A stretch of 64,000 nt of DNA from an uncultured Candidatus Saccharibacteria bacterium (GTDB lineage: Bacteria > Patescibacteriota > Minisyncoccia > UBA6257 > 2-01-FULL-56-20), in contig CAYLWL010000003.1 in assembly GCA_964387675.1 (NCBI GenBank), forward strand, positions 6,436 to 70,435. Direction: 5' to 3'. Shown in pieces: positions 8,565 through 18,082 of the stretch. Within the stretch, counting starts at the first letter, position 1; each line of letters opens with the position of its first letter. The translations under genes were made by a program, and so were the position numbers. The notes beneath the pieces were generated by a model. The model ran no database searches and was not told where the DNA came from. It saw only the letters and a program-made list of their open reading frames with translations.

Positions 8565-9428
8565 TTACAGCTGATCGGCGTTGCTCACGATACTCCGCAA
8601 AACTTCGATGGATTTTTCCACATCTTCGATGCTTGCCTCTTCGTGCGGCGTGTGATTATTCTCAACAGGAATTTCGACGGCCAATACCCCCACATCAGGC
8701 ACGAAAGTAAACTCTATCGAATCGTTGGCGTTGCCCTCCGCGTAACTGACACCGGGTTTCTTCGGGTGAATGATTTTTGCGATTTTCTTCAACATTGCCG
8801 CCGGGAAATAGAATTGCTTGCCGGGTTTTTTAAGACCCGAAGAGGTATACACGATGGGGCCATCGCCCACGTTCCCCATTCGTGTAACGTCCACCACGAT
8901 TATCAACTTCGGCTTATCGGTCTCGGCGGCTAACTTTTCTGCCGCATATCGCGCCCCGGCATTATAAACGCCATCAGGCAATGTCCTTGCTTCGAGATGC
9001 GTTTGCCCGCCTTGTTCGACTTCTCGTTCTGATTCCTCTTCAACCGTAAAGAGTACCGAAGGCCGAAGACCTTTTCGGATGAGCTGAAGAATGATCGAGA
9101 GTCCCAAAGCGTCATCAAGCCGGCCCCTTAATCGATCTTTTTCCAAAACAGCTTTTTCGCCCCTGCCGACTTTATCCATATGAGCGCATACGAGGACACG
9201 CCTCTGGTTTTCATCTCTCGACTTTGCCCAAAGATTGCCCTTATCGTCTACGGAACAGTCCATTCCTAAACTTTCGAGAATGCTTTTCAAGCGGCCCCTT
9301 ATCGCCATTTCTTCCCCGGAAAAACTGTCGAGCGAAGAAAATTCTCGCAAATCTCCAATCAGAGCTTCCAGATTCTTTTCTTGCTCGATTTTGTCGGACA
9401 AGAGATTCTTTTCTAAATGTTCATTCAT
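8565..9428 (-). CDS. M42-family (FrvX/glutamyl aminopeptidase-like) metallopeptidase
   Basis: 287 aa. LVCAHMDKVG resembles the M42 AHMDEIG metal-binding motif, and the overall length and organisation fit. Confidence 0.55.
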   Translation of the reverse strand: MNEHLEKNLLSDKIEQEKNLEALIGDLREFSSLDSFSGEEMAIRGRLKSILESLGMDCSVDDKGNLWAKSRDENQRRVLVCAHMDKVGRGEKAVLEKDRLRGRLDDALGLSIILQLIRKGLRPSVLFTVEEESEREVEQGGQTHLEARTLPDGVYNAGARYAAEKLAAETDKPKLIIVVDVTRMGNVGDGPIVYTSSGLKKPGKQFYFPAAMLKKIAKIIHPKKPGVSYAEGNANDSIEFTFVPDVGVLAVEIPVENNHTPHEEASIEDVEKSIEVLRSIVSNADQL

Positions 9429-9429
9429 A

Positions 9430-10296
9430 TTACTTTTTCTCGCCCGTGAGCAGGTAGTGATATTCCTTTTTGTATGCCGGACCGAGTTCTTCTTTAAACT
9501 TGTCTATACCTTTGTCGTGCGCCCCCGTGCCTAAAGAGAACTCTTTGCGATCCGCAAACATCCTGGCTCGCTCATGATGTAAAAAACGACTGAGCCCCTT
9601 ATATTGATAATCTACTTTTAAGTGGAGCCCCACCCACTGATCCGAATTTTCGCAAGCGATGCCCCAAGCCAAACCGGCCATTCTACCGTCGATCTCAACG
9701 TACGCTTGTTTGATATCATATTTGTTCAGGTTGTCCAAGCAGAACTGGAAGAACTCCTCGGATTCTTCGAACGTTATGCTCTCGTGTTCTTTTTGAGATT
9801 TCCAAAAGTTGTAAAACTCGATTATCTTTGCTTTGTTTGACTCACTGGCTAAGGAATACACATAGCTGGAGCGGAATTTATTCACCCTATTTTTGAGATC
9901 TCCTTTCGGCTCGACGAATTCATCTGTCGCGTAAAAAAACTCCGCTCCCATCGGTTTACTCATCAGGATTTCGATATTTCCTTTTTTGATGTTCGTGATA
10001 TCTTCCTGGGTTGCGAACGCGGTGGAGCAGCGAACCCAATTTTCTTTTTTCTTCGGCATAAAAATACAGGGGAATTCATTCGGGTAGAGAGTATCTTGCC
10101 ACACGAGGAGCGATTCGCCGTTTCTCTCGAACGTATACGCGGCAAAGTCCAAGTAGGGCCTGGTGCTGAAGTAGGAAAAAGGGAGCCCTTTTTGCAATTC
10201 AGAATGTCTATCGCTCGCAAACTTTTCCATATCACTCATTGAATCATTAAAAAGTTCCGGCGTCCACTTTTTTTTCGTCCCCAGCAGGAATCTCAC
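9430..10296 (-). CDS. Hypothetical protein, possibly GNAT-fold DUF2156/MprF-C-terminal-like acyl/aminoacyl transferase
   Basis: 288 aa. The fold assignment is tentative, from G..W.GLHLKVDYQYKGLSRFL.HERAR-like motifs. Its stop overlaps the start of the M42 gene, so the two are probably co-transcribed. Confidence 0.35.
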   Translation of the reverse strand: MRFLLGTKKKWTPELFNDSMSDMEKFASDRHSELQKGLPFSYFSTRPYLDFAAYTFERNGESLLVWQDTLYPNEFPCIFMPKKKENWVRCSTAFATQEDITNIKKGNIEILMSKPMGAEFFYATDEFVEPKGDLKNRVNKFRSSYVYSLASESNKAKIIEFYNFWKSQKEHESITFEESEEFFQFCLDNLNKYDIKQAYVEIDGRMAGLAWGIACENSDQWVGLHLKVDYQYKGLSRFLHHERARMFADRKEFSLGTGAHDKGIDKFKEELGPAYKKEYHYLLTGEKK

Positions 10297-10341
10297 GTCG
10301 CCCCGTTTTGCGGGACTCCTTAAAACCCAGCGGTTTTAATA

Positions 10342-10409
10342 CCTGCCTGCCGGCAGGCAGGTTTCCGCCTCGGGGAAACTACCGTTTCCCCTGCCTGCCG
10401 GCAGGCAGG
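10342..10409. repeat. Two copies of a perfect 20-bp GC-rich palindrome CCTGCCTGCCGGCAGGCAGG (10342-10361, 10390-10409); a third copy at 16349-16368 upstream of tuf
   Basis: Read directly from the sequence. Each copy is preceded by GGTTTTA. They sit upstream of the divergent tRNA-Arg and the 9430-10296 gene. Confidence 0.6.
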
Positions 10410-10483
10410 CCGGCCCCTTTCCCGTTCGACTCCTGCCGGATTAAGTAAAAACAGGATTACATCAATCTTGTTTTTACTTAATG

Positions 10484-10556
10484 CGTCCCCGGCAGGAGTC
10501 GAACCCGCAACCTCTTGGTTCGAAGCCAAGCGCTCTATCCATTGAGCTACGGGGAC
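10484..10556 (-). tRNA. tRNA-Arg (anticodon TCG)
   Basis: Reverse-complement cloverleaf. Acceptor GTCCCCG/CGGGGAC, D-stem GCTC/GAGC, anticodon stem CTTGG/CCAAG with loop CTTCGAA (anticodon TCG), T-arm GCGGG-TTCGACT-CCTGC, discriminator G. Confidence 0.75.
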
Positions 10557-10636
10557 ATCTTCTTTAACGTTAAAAGGAGGACCGCGTATCGTCAAGGAAG
10601 CTGGAACCGAGCGAGAGATTCGACTAGAATAAGGAG

Positions 10637-11278
10637 ATGGGCGATCCAATTCTCCTTATTTTCCAGCTTCTGGTTTTGGTGCTTTCCGTCGTGGTGCACG
10701 AACTCTCGCACGGATATGTGGCGGAGCGGTTGGGGGATCCGACGGCGCGGCTGGCAGGACGGCTGACGTTCAACCCCCTCAAGCATCTTGATCCCTTCGG
10801 TTCTTTTATGCTGCCGGCTTTGCTTTGGTTCTTGACCGGCGGCCAGATGATGTTTGGCTGGGCAAAACCGGTTCCGTACAATCCGCTGAATCTCAAGGAC
10901 CCTCTTGCGGGCGGCGGCAAAATCGCCGCGGCCGGGCCGCTCTCAAACTTTTTCATCGCGGCGGTGTTCGGGATTTTGTTCAGGATTCTTTCCGCGTCGG
11001 GCTTTGTGACCGAATTCTCGGCCGTCCTCTTTTCGATCGTCATCTATATCAACATTCTTCTTGCCGTTTTTAACCTGGTGCCGATCCCGCCCCTCGACGG
11101 ATCGAAGGTGCTGTTCTCGGTGTTGCCGAAAAAAGAATCGAGCGTGCGCCTAGCGATGTTTTTGGAGCGTTACGGAATGGCGCTCGTGATATTTTTTATT
11201 TTCTTCGGCTTCGACCTTATTCTGCCGATTATCAATTTGCTTTTTCGGTTCATAGCGGGCTGGGGAGCAGCGCTCTAA
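10637..11278 (+). CDS. M50-family (site-2 protease/SpoIVFB-like) intramembrane zinc metalloprotease
   Basis: 213 aa, polytopic, with HELSHGYVA (HExxH) in a TM helix. Downstream LDGSKV resembles the LDG motif of the family. Confidence 0.7.
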   Translation: MGDPILLIFQLLVLVLSVVVHELSHGYVAERLGDPTARLAGRLTFNPLKHLDPFGSFMLPALLWFLTGGQMMFGWAKPVPYNPLNLKDPLAGGGKIAAAGPLSNFFIAAVFGILFRILSASGFVTEFSAVLFSIVIYINILLAVFNLVPIPPLDGSKVLFSVLPKKESSVRLAMFLERYGMALVIFFIFFGFDLILPIINLLFRFIAGWGAAL

Positions 11279-11480
11279 TTTGTTTGACAATACTGCGGTG
11301 TTTGACGATACTGCAAGAAGTATTTGCGCCTCATTTTTAGGGAGGTTGGATCTTGAAAAATCAAACGAGAGCCGGTTTTTTGCTGTTGGGGATACTGCTT
11401 ATAGCGGGCATTCAGAGCGTTTGGGCTCAGCACCTGGACCGAAAGCTGAACATTTTTATTTCGCAAATTCTTTAATGAGA

Positions 11481-11510
11481 TTGACGCATCGACCTTTCCC
11501 GTGCTATAAT
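11481..11510 (+). promoter_or_regulatory. Sigma-70-like promoter (TTGACG -N18- TGcTATAAT)
   Basis: -35 TTGACG at 11481-11486. Extended -10 TGCTATAAT at 11502-11510. GGAGG lies 7 nt before the ATG at 11533. Confidence 0.4.
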
Positions 11511-11532
11511 TCCAGGTGGTAAAACACCGGAG

Positions 11533-11817
11533 GTGCGTATGAGAAAGCGTGAAGCCAGGAGGAAGAGGCAGAAGAACCATGCGGGCAACCGCGAGAGCTG
11601 GGCCGCTCGTCGTGAGCGGAAGCGCCGCGAGCATGTGGGCAACCACGTGATCGTGGAAAGCCCTACACCCTCGTCGACGGAAACGTCCCGGGTAACCATG
11701 TTGCCCGAGACGGTCGTCAATATCGTCGACCGAGTGGCGGCATCCGCGCGGCCGCTTCCCTCTATCCTTCCGGGGGCGGAAGCGGATCGGTTCGTTCAAA
11801 CCGGTTCGCATCGCTGA
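11533..11817 (+). CDS. Small Arg/Lys-rich hypothetical protein (94 aa) in a locally GC-rich island
   Basis: It has a consensus promoter, a GGAGG RBS and a strong downstream terminator. The N-terminus is highly basic (RMRKREARRKRQKNHAGNRESWAARRERKRREH). Confidence 0.25.
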   Translation: MRMRKREARRKRQKNHAGNRESWAARRERKRREHVGNHVIVESPTPSSTETSRVTMLPETVVNIVDRVAASARPLPSILPGAEADRFVQTGSHR

Positions 11818-11835
11818 CACGCGGCGACGACTTAT

Positions 11836-11875
11836 GGGGCAGGACTTATGGTCCTGCCCCTCAAAATTGTTTCTG
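11836..11875 (+). terminator. Rho-independent terminator
   Basis: 10-bp stem GGGGCAGGAC-ttatg-GTCCTGCCCC followed by TCAAAATTGTTTCTGTT. Confidence 0.5.
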
Positions 11876-11962
11876 TTATAAATGATTAATCTGTTAAGAT
11901 GTAAACAATTTAGGGTTATTGACCATTAATCTCTTTTCGTATACTATTTCTTAACATACGAA

Positions 11963-11995
11963 GCAAAGAGCAAAGAGCCGAGAGCAAAGAGCGAG
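11963..11995. repeat. Solo copy of the IR arm of the second four-helix-bundle cassette (GCAAAGAGCAAAGAGCCGAGAGCAAAGAGC)
   Basis: Near-identical to 60983-61012. Located in the rpsL upstream region. Confidence 0.55.
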
Positions 11996-12073
11996 TTTCG
12001 AAATATCGAAATCGAAATACCAATATTGCAAGTTTGCCCCTACGCTCTTAGCCCTACGCTCTTAACAAACACC

Positions 12074-12487
12074 ATGCCTACTATTCGACAACTCATTAAA
12101 CACGGACGGCACGTATTGAAGTCGAAGCCCAAGTCACCGGCCCTGTCTTTTTATTTCAACACGTTGAAAAATCGGCCGGTCGATTCCGGGTCGCCATTCA
12201 AGCGAGGAGTGTGTCTCAAAGTGTTCACGCAAACACCCAAGAAACCGAACTCGGCGTTGCGGAAAGTGTGCCGCGTGCGGCTCACGAACGGCATGGAGGT
12301 GACCGCGTACATTCCGGGCGAGGGGCACAATTTACAGGAACACTCGATTGTCGTGATTCGCGGCGGCCGCGTCAAAGACCTGCCCGGCGTGCGGTATCAC
12401 GTCGTGCGCGGCATTTTGGACACTGGGGGGGTGGATAATAGGAAACAACAAAGGAGTAAATACGGCGCGAAACGGGCAAAGAAATAG
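12074..12487 (+). CDS. rpsL: 30S ribosomal protein S12
   Basis: [12 protein letters not shown]...[11 protein letters not shown]...[16 protein letters not shown]...RGG. The start is taken at the conserved MPTIRQL, because the upstream in-frame Met lies in repeat sequence. Confidence 0.9.
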   Translation: MPTIRQLIKHGRHVLKSKPKSPALSFYFNTLKNRPVDSGSPFKRGVCLKVFTQTPKKPNSALRKVCRVRLTNGMEVTAYIPGEGHNLQEHSIVVIRGGRVKDLPGVRYHVVRGILDTGGVDNRKQQRSKYGAKRAKK

Positions 12488-12506
12488 TATCACCTAACAC
12501 CGATAC

Positions 12507-12974
12507 ATGCGTAAAAAACGTGTCTATAAAAAATACCACGAACCGGATATGACATACGACCGAATCGATGTCGGCCGGTTTATTAATTATGTGATGCGTG
12601 ATGGCAAGAAATCGACCGCCGAGAGAATTGTTTATTCGGCTTTTGACCGCGTGAAAGAATTGACAAAAGAGGAGCCGGCAAAGGTGTTTGAGAAGGCGCT
12701 CGAAAACGTCTCGCCGGTCTTGGAAGTAAAATCGCGGCGCGTGGGAGGAGCGAATTATCAGGTGCCGATGGAGGTGCGCCCCGAGCGGCGTTTTATGCTT
12801 GCCACCCGCTGGATCATAGGCGCCGCCCGTTCGCGGAAAGGGAAGGGGATGGCGATCAAGCTTGCCGAAGAGATCGTTGCCGCATCCAAAAACGAAGGCG
12901 CGGCGATCAAAAAGAAACAAGACACGCACCGCATGGCCGAGGCAAACAGGGCATTCGCGCATTTCGCGAGATAA
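12507..12974 (+). CDS. rpsG: 30S ribosomal protein S7
   Basis: Follows rps[17 protein letters not shown] and the C-terminal [11 protein letters not shown] are characteristic of S7. Confidence 0.9.
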   Translation: MRKKRVYKKYHEPDMTYDRIDVGRFINYVMRDGKKSTAERIVYSAFDRVKELTKEEPAKVFEKALENVSPVLEVKSRRVGGANYQVPMEVRPERRFMLATRWIIGAARSRKGKGMAIKLAEEIVAASKNEGAAIKKKQDTHRMAEANRAFAHFAR

Positions 12975-12977
12975 GAT

Positions 12978-15098
12978 ATGCCCCGACTGTATCCGATAGA
13001 AAAGGTACGTAATATCGGCATTATTGCCCATATCGACGCCGGGAAGACCACCGTCTCCGAGCGCGTGCTTTTTTATACCGGCGTTTCTCACAAAATCGGC
13101 GAGGTGCACACGGGTGATACCGTGATGGATTGGATGGAACAGGAACGCGAACGGGGGATCACCATCACCTCCGCCGCCACCACGGCTTTTTGGATACCGA
13201 CGCATGTTAGCAAAGAGCAAAGAGCAAAGAGCAAAGAGGACGAGCACATGATCAATTTAATCGATACTCCGGGACACATCGATTTTACCGTGGAGGTCAA
13301 GCGCTCGCTTCGCGTTTTGGACGGCGCCGTCGTCGTGTTCGACGGCGTGGCCGGCGTTGAGCCCCAGTCGGAAACCAACTGGCGTTACGCGGACGAATAC
13401 CACGTGCCGAGAGTTTGCTTTATTAACAAGCTGGACAGAATGGGCGCGAGCTTCGAGAAAAGTTTCGAGTCCATCAAAGATCGTCTTACTCAAAACGCCA
13501 TCCCCATCCAGCTCAACATCGGCCTCGAGGGGGATTTTAAGGGAGTAATAGATCTTCTTGAGGATAAGGCCTACGAATTCCAAGGGGAGCACGGCGAACG
13601 CATCGTCGAGGTTCCGACTCCGGACAATATGAAAGAGTCCATCAAAAAGCACCGCCACGAACTGATCGAAAAGATCGTTGATAATGACGACGAGCTGATG
13701 GCGGGCTATCTTGAGGGAAAAGACATAGACATTGCTTCGCTCAAGAAAGTTTTGCGGAAGGCCGTCATCGAGAACAAGATCGTGCCGGTGATGTGCGGTT
13801 CGGCCCTGAAGAACAAGGGAGTCCAGTTCATGCTCGACGCGGTGGTTGATTACCTGCCGTCTCCGCTTGACATTCCGCCGGTCAAGGGCATTGACCAAAA
13901 GACCGGAGCGGAAGTGTTTCGGCACCCCAAAGACGAAGAGCCGTTTTCCGCGCTCGCGTTCAAAATAGCGACCGATCCGTACGTGGGAACGCTCACATAC
14001 TTCAGGAATTATTCCGGCGTGCTCAAGAAGGGCTCGTATATTTTGAACTCCACGAAAGGCCAGCAGGAGCGCGTGGGCCGCGTCGTCCGCATGCACGCGA
14101 ACTCAAGGGAAGAAGTGGACGAAATTTACGCCGGTGAAATCGCGGCGATCGTCGGCTTGAAGAACACGACGACGGGGGACACCCTGTGCTCTCCCGACGC
14201 GCCTTTGGTGCTCGAGAGGATCACGTTTCCCGAGCCCGTCATCGGCATTCGCATTGAACCCAAAACGAAAGCCGACCAGGAGAAAATGGGCACTGCTCTG
14301 CATCGTCTCGCGGAAGAAGACCCGACGTTCCGCGTTGCCGGGGACCCGGAAACCGGAGAAACCATCATCTCCGGCATGGGCGAACTGCATTTGGAAATTA
14401 TCGTCGACCGGATGAAGCGCGAGTTCAGCGTCGATGCCTCCGTTGGCAGGCCGCAAGTCGCGTATAAAGAAACGATCATGGCCGAAGCCGAGGCGGAAGG
14501 AAAATACATCAAGCAGTCGGGGGGTCGCGGCCAATACGGGCACGTGCGCTTGCGCGTAAAGCCCCTGGAACGTGGCAAGGGATTCGAGTTTATCGACGAG
14601 ATCAAAGGAGGCGTCATTCCGCAGGAGTTCATCGCTCCGGTTGAAAAAGGCGTGAAGGAGGCGCTTGACAAAGGCGTGATCGCGCATTATCCGATGGTGG
14701 ATATCGAGGTGACGCTCTACGACGGATCGTTCCACGAAGTTGATTCTTCGGAGGCGGCGTTCAAGATCGCGGGATCCATGGCTCTCCAGGAAGCCGCGAA
14801 GCGCGCGAAGCCGGTGATTCTTGAGCCCGTTATGAAAATTCAAGTCGTGATCCCCACGGAATTTTTAGGAGAAGTTACGGGCAATTTGAATTCGAAACGC
14901 GGAAGAATCGAAGAACTTTCCGACCGGCCGAACGTTAAAGTGATCGACGCCAAAGTCCCGCTTTCCGAAATGTTCGGATATGCCACGGAACTTCGCTCGA
15001 TGACGCAAGGACGAGGGGCATTCACGTTAGAGTTTGATCATTACGAACCCGCCCCCCAAAATGTTGCCCAACTCATAATTGAAGGCAAAAAAAGGTAG
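12978..15098 (+). CDS. fusA: Elongation factor G
   Basis: [18 protein letters not shown] and full EF-G domains. It contains an in-frame (CAAAGAG)3 repeat-derived insertion (KEQRAKSKE) just before DTPGH. Confidence 0.95.
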   Translation: MPRLYPIEKVRNIGIIAHIDAGKTTVSERVLFYTGVSHKIGEVHTGDTVMDWMEQERERGITITSAATTAFWIPTHVSKEQRAKSKEDEHMINLIDTPGHIDFTVEVKRSLRVLDGAVVVFDGVAGVEPQSETNWRYADEYHVPRVCFINKLDRMGASFEKSFESIKDRLTQNAIPIQLNIGLEGDFKGVIDLLEDKAYEFQGEHGERIVEVPTPDNMKESIKKHRHELIEKIVDNDDELMAGYLEGKDIDIASLKKVLRKAVIENKIVPVMCGSALKNKGVQFMLDAVVDYLPSPLDIPPVKGIDQKTGAEVFRHPKDEEPFSALAFKIATDPYVGTLTYFRNYSGVLKKGSYILNSTKGQQERVGRVVRMHANSREEVDEIYAGEIAAIVGLKNTTTGDTLCSPDAPLVLERITFPEPVIGIRIEPKTKADQEKMGTALHRLAEEDPTFRVAGDPETGETIISGMGELHLEIIVDRMKREFSVDASVGRPQVAYKETIMAEAEAEGKYIKQSGGRGQYGHVRLRVKPLERGKGFEFIDEIKGGVIPQEFIAPVEKGVKEALDKGVIAHYPMVDIEVTLYDGSFHEVDSSEAAFKIAGSMALQEAAKRAKPVILEPVMKIQVVIPTEFLGEVTGNLNSKRGRIEELSDRPNVKVIDAKVPLSEMFGYATELRSMTQGRGAFTLEFDHYEPAPQNVAQLIIEGKKR
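13209..13232 (+). repeat. (CAAAGAG)3 heptanucleotide repeat in-frame within fusA; solo fragment of the GCAAAGAGC arm family
   Basis: AGCAAAGAGCAAAGAGCAAAGAGG read directly from the sequence. It encodes [10 protein letters not shown] between switch-region motifs. Confidence 0.8.
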
Positions 15099-15408
15099 GG
15101 CAGAGAAAAAATCTCTTTCCTCAACCCGGATTTTTTGTTCCAGCGACAAAAAATCCTTGTCCTCGTGACGGCGGCCCTCCGACATGAAAACGGAGGGACC
15201 AAGCCCGTCTGCCGCGGAGTTTTGGAAAGAGTTTCTTCTCTTGCGTGAAGTCCGAGCGGGTAAGTCTTATTTCTCCATTGAGGTATATTTGCAACAAGTT
15301 GCCCGCCGAAAAGTCTCAAGCGTGCTGGACGAGTACAGTAAGTATACAAAAAAGCACGCGGCTGCTATACTCCAAGAAGCTCAATAACTTGTAAATAAGG
15401 AGGGCGTC

Positions 15409-16206
15409 GTGCTGCTTGAGTTGAGAATCAGGACGATATTGATTTGCTGCACGATGTTTCTTTTGAGGCCCGCCCTACTTGTGGCCGAAGAACCTGGCAA
15501 TTCCCAGAATCAGCTTGTGCTCAAGGAAGGGCTGAATTATTTTTACAACAGCGACTCCGAATCCGCGAACAGGAAGTTCGACGAATACATCGCGCTCGAG
15601 CCGGACGATCCGGTGGGATATTGGAGAAAGGCCTTGAGCATTTTCCTTCGCGTGAGATCCGAACAGAAAACCGACACGCCGAAGTTCAGCGAGAATCAAC
15701 GCGACGAGCTTATTACGCTCATCAATCAAGGGATTGGCGGGGCGAATACGAGAATACAAAGAGGTGATCAGTCGGACTTCAACCTCTATGTGAAAGCGTG
15801 CTTGTATTCCATCAAGGCCGGTGTGGAGTTCTCGAACGTTTCCATCTGGGCCGCGAGAGGCAGTATGAGAACCGCGATAGGCATTGCTCAGCGATCTCAA
15901 TACCAGGACGCGAAGTATCTCATCGGTCTCACCAACTACCGGGGAGCCGACCGAAACATCATCTTCGGCCTGGCAGGTCTTCCGCATGATCGCGACAAGG
16001 GTCTCAACCTGATTTTCGAAGCCGCGATCCAGAATAACGGTACCTTTGCCGACGATATCTGGTTCGCTGTCTTCAGCATCGAAACGGACAAGAGGAACGA
16101 GCGGTACTACAACCGAGCGACCGTGAGCCGCCTCTTTGAATACCTCTTTGCCAAATACCCGCACAACATGATTTTGCAGAGATACCTGAAAGAAAACAGG
16201 AAATAG
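15409..16206 (+). CDS. Hypothetical secreted protein inserted between fusA and tuf
   Basis: GTG start with AAGGAGG 6 nt upstream. Signal-peptide-like N-terminus (ILICCTMFLLRPALLVAEEP). 265 aa, possibly helical-repeat. Confidence 0.45.
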   Translation: MLLELRIRTILICCTMFLLRPALLVAEEPGNSQNQLVLKEGLNYFYNSDSESANRKFDEYIALEPDDPVGYWRKALSIFLRVRSEQKTDTPKFSENQRDELITLINQGIGGANTRIQRGDQSDFNLYVKACLYSIKAGVEFSNVSIWAARGSMRTAIGIAQRSQYQDAKYLIGLTNYRGADRNIIFGLAGLPHDRDKGLNLIFEAAIQNNGTFADDIWFAVFSIETDKRNERYYNRATVSRLFEYLFAKYPHNMILQRYLKENRK

Positions 16207-16224
16207 ACCTCATCTCGAAAGCGT

Positions 16225-16253
16225 CCCCAGCTCGCGTTGCTGGGGATTTTCTT
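16225..16253 (+). terminator. Rho-independent terminator
   Basis: CCCCAGC-tcgcgtt-GCTGGGG followed by ATTTTCTTG. Confidence 0.45.
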
Positions 16254-16374
16254 GTCCACAGCCCCTCCCTTGACAGAAGAACCCTATCTGGCTTAAAATC
16301 CATTAAGATATAAATTAAATAGGTCGAAGAATGAGCTTTTAGGTTTTACCTGCCTGCCGGCAGGCAGGGCTTAT

Positions 16375-16444
16375 AGGTTTTAGAGTCCGGCGGTTGTCGG
16401 ACTAAAAGCTAGCACCTAGCACCTAACAGCTAAAAGCTAATTTT
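16375..16444. repeat. Family H intergenic repeat (AAAAGCTAA-containing), upstream of tuf; inverted-orientation copy at 45716-45783
   Basis: AAAAGCTAGCACCTAGCACCTAACAGCTAAAAGCTAA compared with GGTGTTAGCTGTTAGCTTTTAG...AAAAGCTAAAAGCTAA. Confidence 0.4.
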
Positions 16445-17644
16445 ATGGCAGAAAAAGAAAAATTCAGCAGGGCCAAGCCGCACGTGAACGTGGGGACCAT
16501 TGGCCACGTCGACCACGGCAAGACCACCTTGACCGCGGCCATCACGCACATCCTTCACTTGAAGGGTTGGGCGAAAAAAGAAGAGTCTGTCGACCAAATC
16601 GATAACGCTCCGGAAGAAAAGGCGCGCGGTATCACGATCGCTTTGCACCACTCGGAGTACGAGTCCGAAAAGCGCCACTACGCGCACATTGACGCTCCGG
16701 GACACGCCGACTACATCAAAAACATGATTACGGGCGCCGCCCAGATGGACGGTGCGATTTTGGTGGTTGCCGCCACCGACGGCCCGATGCCGCAAACGAG
16801 AGAGCACATTCTTTTGGCTCGTCAGGTGGGCGTGCCTTCGGTGATTGTTTTCTTGAACAAAGTTGACCAAGTGGACGACAAAGAATTGATAGATCTCGTC
16901 GAATCCGAAGTCCGCGAACTTTTGAAGAAATATGAATTTCCGGGAGACACGACCCCGATCATCCGCGGTTCGGCGCTCAAGGCCTTGAATGCCAAGTCGG
17001 CAGACGACGCCGACGCGAAGCCGATCATGGATTTGGTCGCCGCCCTCGACGAGCACATTCCGACTCCTGTCCGCGATCTCGACAAACCGTTCCTTATGCC
17101 GATCGAAGACATTTTCTCGATTGAAGGCCGCGGAACCGTGGTCACCGGAAGAGTCGAAAGGGGAAAGGTGAAAGTGAACGAAGAAGTGGAAATCATCGGT
17201 TTGAGGCCGACCCAAAAGACCGTCATCACTGGCATCGAAATGTTCAACAAGCTCTTGGATGAAGGTATGGCCGGAGACAACGTGGGCGCTTTGCTCCGCG
17301 GTTTGAAGAAAGAAGACGTGGAGCGCGGTCAGGTGGTTGCGAAGCCGGGGAGCGTAACGCCGCACACCGAATTCGAAACGGAGGTGTATGTTCTTTCGAA
17401 AGAGGAAGGCGGCAGGCACTCGCCATTCTTCGCTGGATACAAGCCCCAGTTCTACATCAGGACGACCGACGTTACGGGCGAAGTAACTTTGCCAACCGGC
17501 ATGGAAATGGTCATGCCCGGTGACACCGTGAAGCTCAACGTAAAGCTTATTTCTCCGGTCGCTCTTGAAGAGAAGCAGAGGTTTGCCATCAGAGAAGGCG
17601 GAAAGACGGTTGGCGCGGGGGTCGTGACGAAGATCTCGAAATAG
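16445..17644 (+). CDS. tuf: Elongation factor Tu
   Basis: [22 protein letters not shown], and full-length 399 aa. Confidence 0.95.
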   Translation: MAEKEKFSRAKPHVNVGTIGHVDHGKTTLTAAITHILHLKGWAKKEESVDQIDNAPEEKARGITIALHHSEYESEKRHYAHIDAPGHADYIKNMITGAAQMDGAILVVAATDGPMPQTREHILLARQVGVPSVIVFLNKVDQVDDKELIDLVESEVRELLKKYEFPGDTTPIIRGSALKALNAKSADDADAKPIMDLVAALDEHIPTPVRDLDKPFLMPIEDIFSIEGRGTVVTGRVERGKVKVNEEVEIIGLRPTQKTVITGIEMFNKLLDEGMAGDNVGALLRGLKKEDVERGQVVAKPGSVTPHTEFETEVYVLSKEEGGRHSPFFAGYKPQFYIRTTDVTGEVTLPTGMEMVMPGDTVKLNVKLISPVALEEKQRFAIREGGKTVGAGVVTKISK

Positions 17645-17710
17645 TATCAAGTGTCATAAGTATCAAGGCGATAAGTCCTGACACTTGACACCTGACACCT
17701 GACACGATAT

Positions 17711-18043
17711 ATGGCCAAAAAGAAAGAAATTGATCTCCCGCAAAAATTGCGTTTGCGGATCAAGTCATACGATCACAAGTTGATAGACAATTCCGCCCGC
17801 CAGATCATTGAGGCGGCGGAGCGGAACGACGCCAAAATCGTGGGCCCCGTGCCGCTGCCGACGGAGATCAAGCGCTACACCGTGAACCGCTCGACTTTTG
17901 TCCACAAGGATTCCCGCGAGCAATTCGAACTCCGCGTCCACAAGCGGCTCGTGGAAATCCTCAACCCCTCGGCCAAAATAATCGAATCATTGTCAAATCT
18001 CAATCTCCCGGCTGGGGTGGATGTGGAAATAAAAATGGTCTAA
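17711..18043 (+). CDS. rpsJ: 30S ribosomal protein S10
   Basis: [21 protein letters not shown]...GPVPLPT...FELRVHKRL. Confidence 0.9.
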   Translation: MAKKKEIDLPQKLRLRIKSYDHKLIDNSARQIIEAAERNDAKIVGPVPLPTEIKRYTVNRSTFVHKDSREQFELRVHKRLVEILNPSAKIIESLSNLNLPAGVDVEIKMV

Positions 18044-18046
18044 ATG

Positions 18047-18075
18047 AAAAATCCCGCAGTGCGGGATTTTTCTTG
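18047..18075 (+). terminator. Rho-independent terminator immediately after rpsJ
   Basis: AAAAATCCCGC-agt-GCGGGATTTTTCTTG. Confidence 0.55.
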
Positions 18076-18082
18076 ATCTCCC

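Noticed and set aside
10424-10504. Treating the tRNA-Arg inverted partial duplicate as a confirmed integrative-element att site
   Set aside because: No integrase or other foreign-looking gene block adjoins it. It is kept only as a low-confidence observation because the hairpin could equally be a terminator.
11275-11820. 181-aa minus-strand ORF upstream of rpsL
   Set aside because: It runs antisense to a well-signalled plus-strand mini-gene and through a plus-strand promoter. It is Arg-rich low complexity with no initiation signals.
12026-12073. Upstream in-frame start for rpsL ([16 protein letters not shown]…) and analogous extensions of rplC (19640), rplP (24093), rpmC (24600), mreB (44644), greA (33087) and nusB (61389)
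   Set aside because: The extra codons are encoded by intergenic repeat elements. Conserved N-termini (MPTIRQL, MTQIW, MLIPKK, MRKKEIQ, MFTKKIGIDLG, MAKYYL, MATRHL) begin at the internal Met.
15184-15387. 67-aa ORF between fusA and the secreted hypothetical
   Set aside because: It has no RBS or promoter, overlaps the promoter region of the downstream gene, and has no recognisable features. It is probably non-coding spacer.
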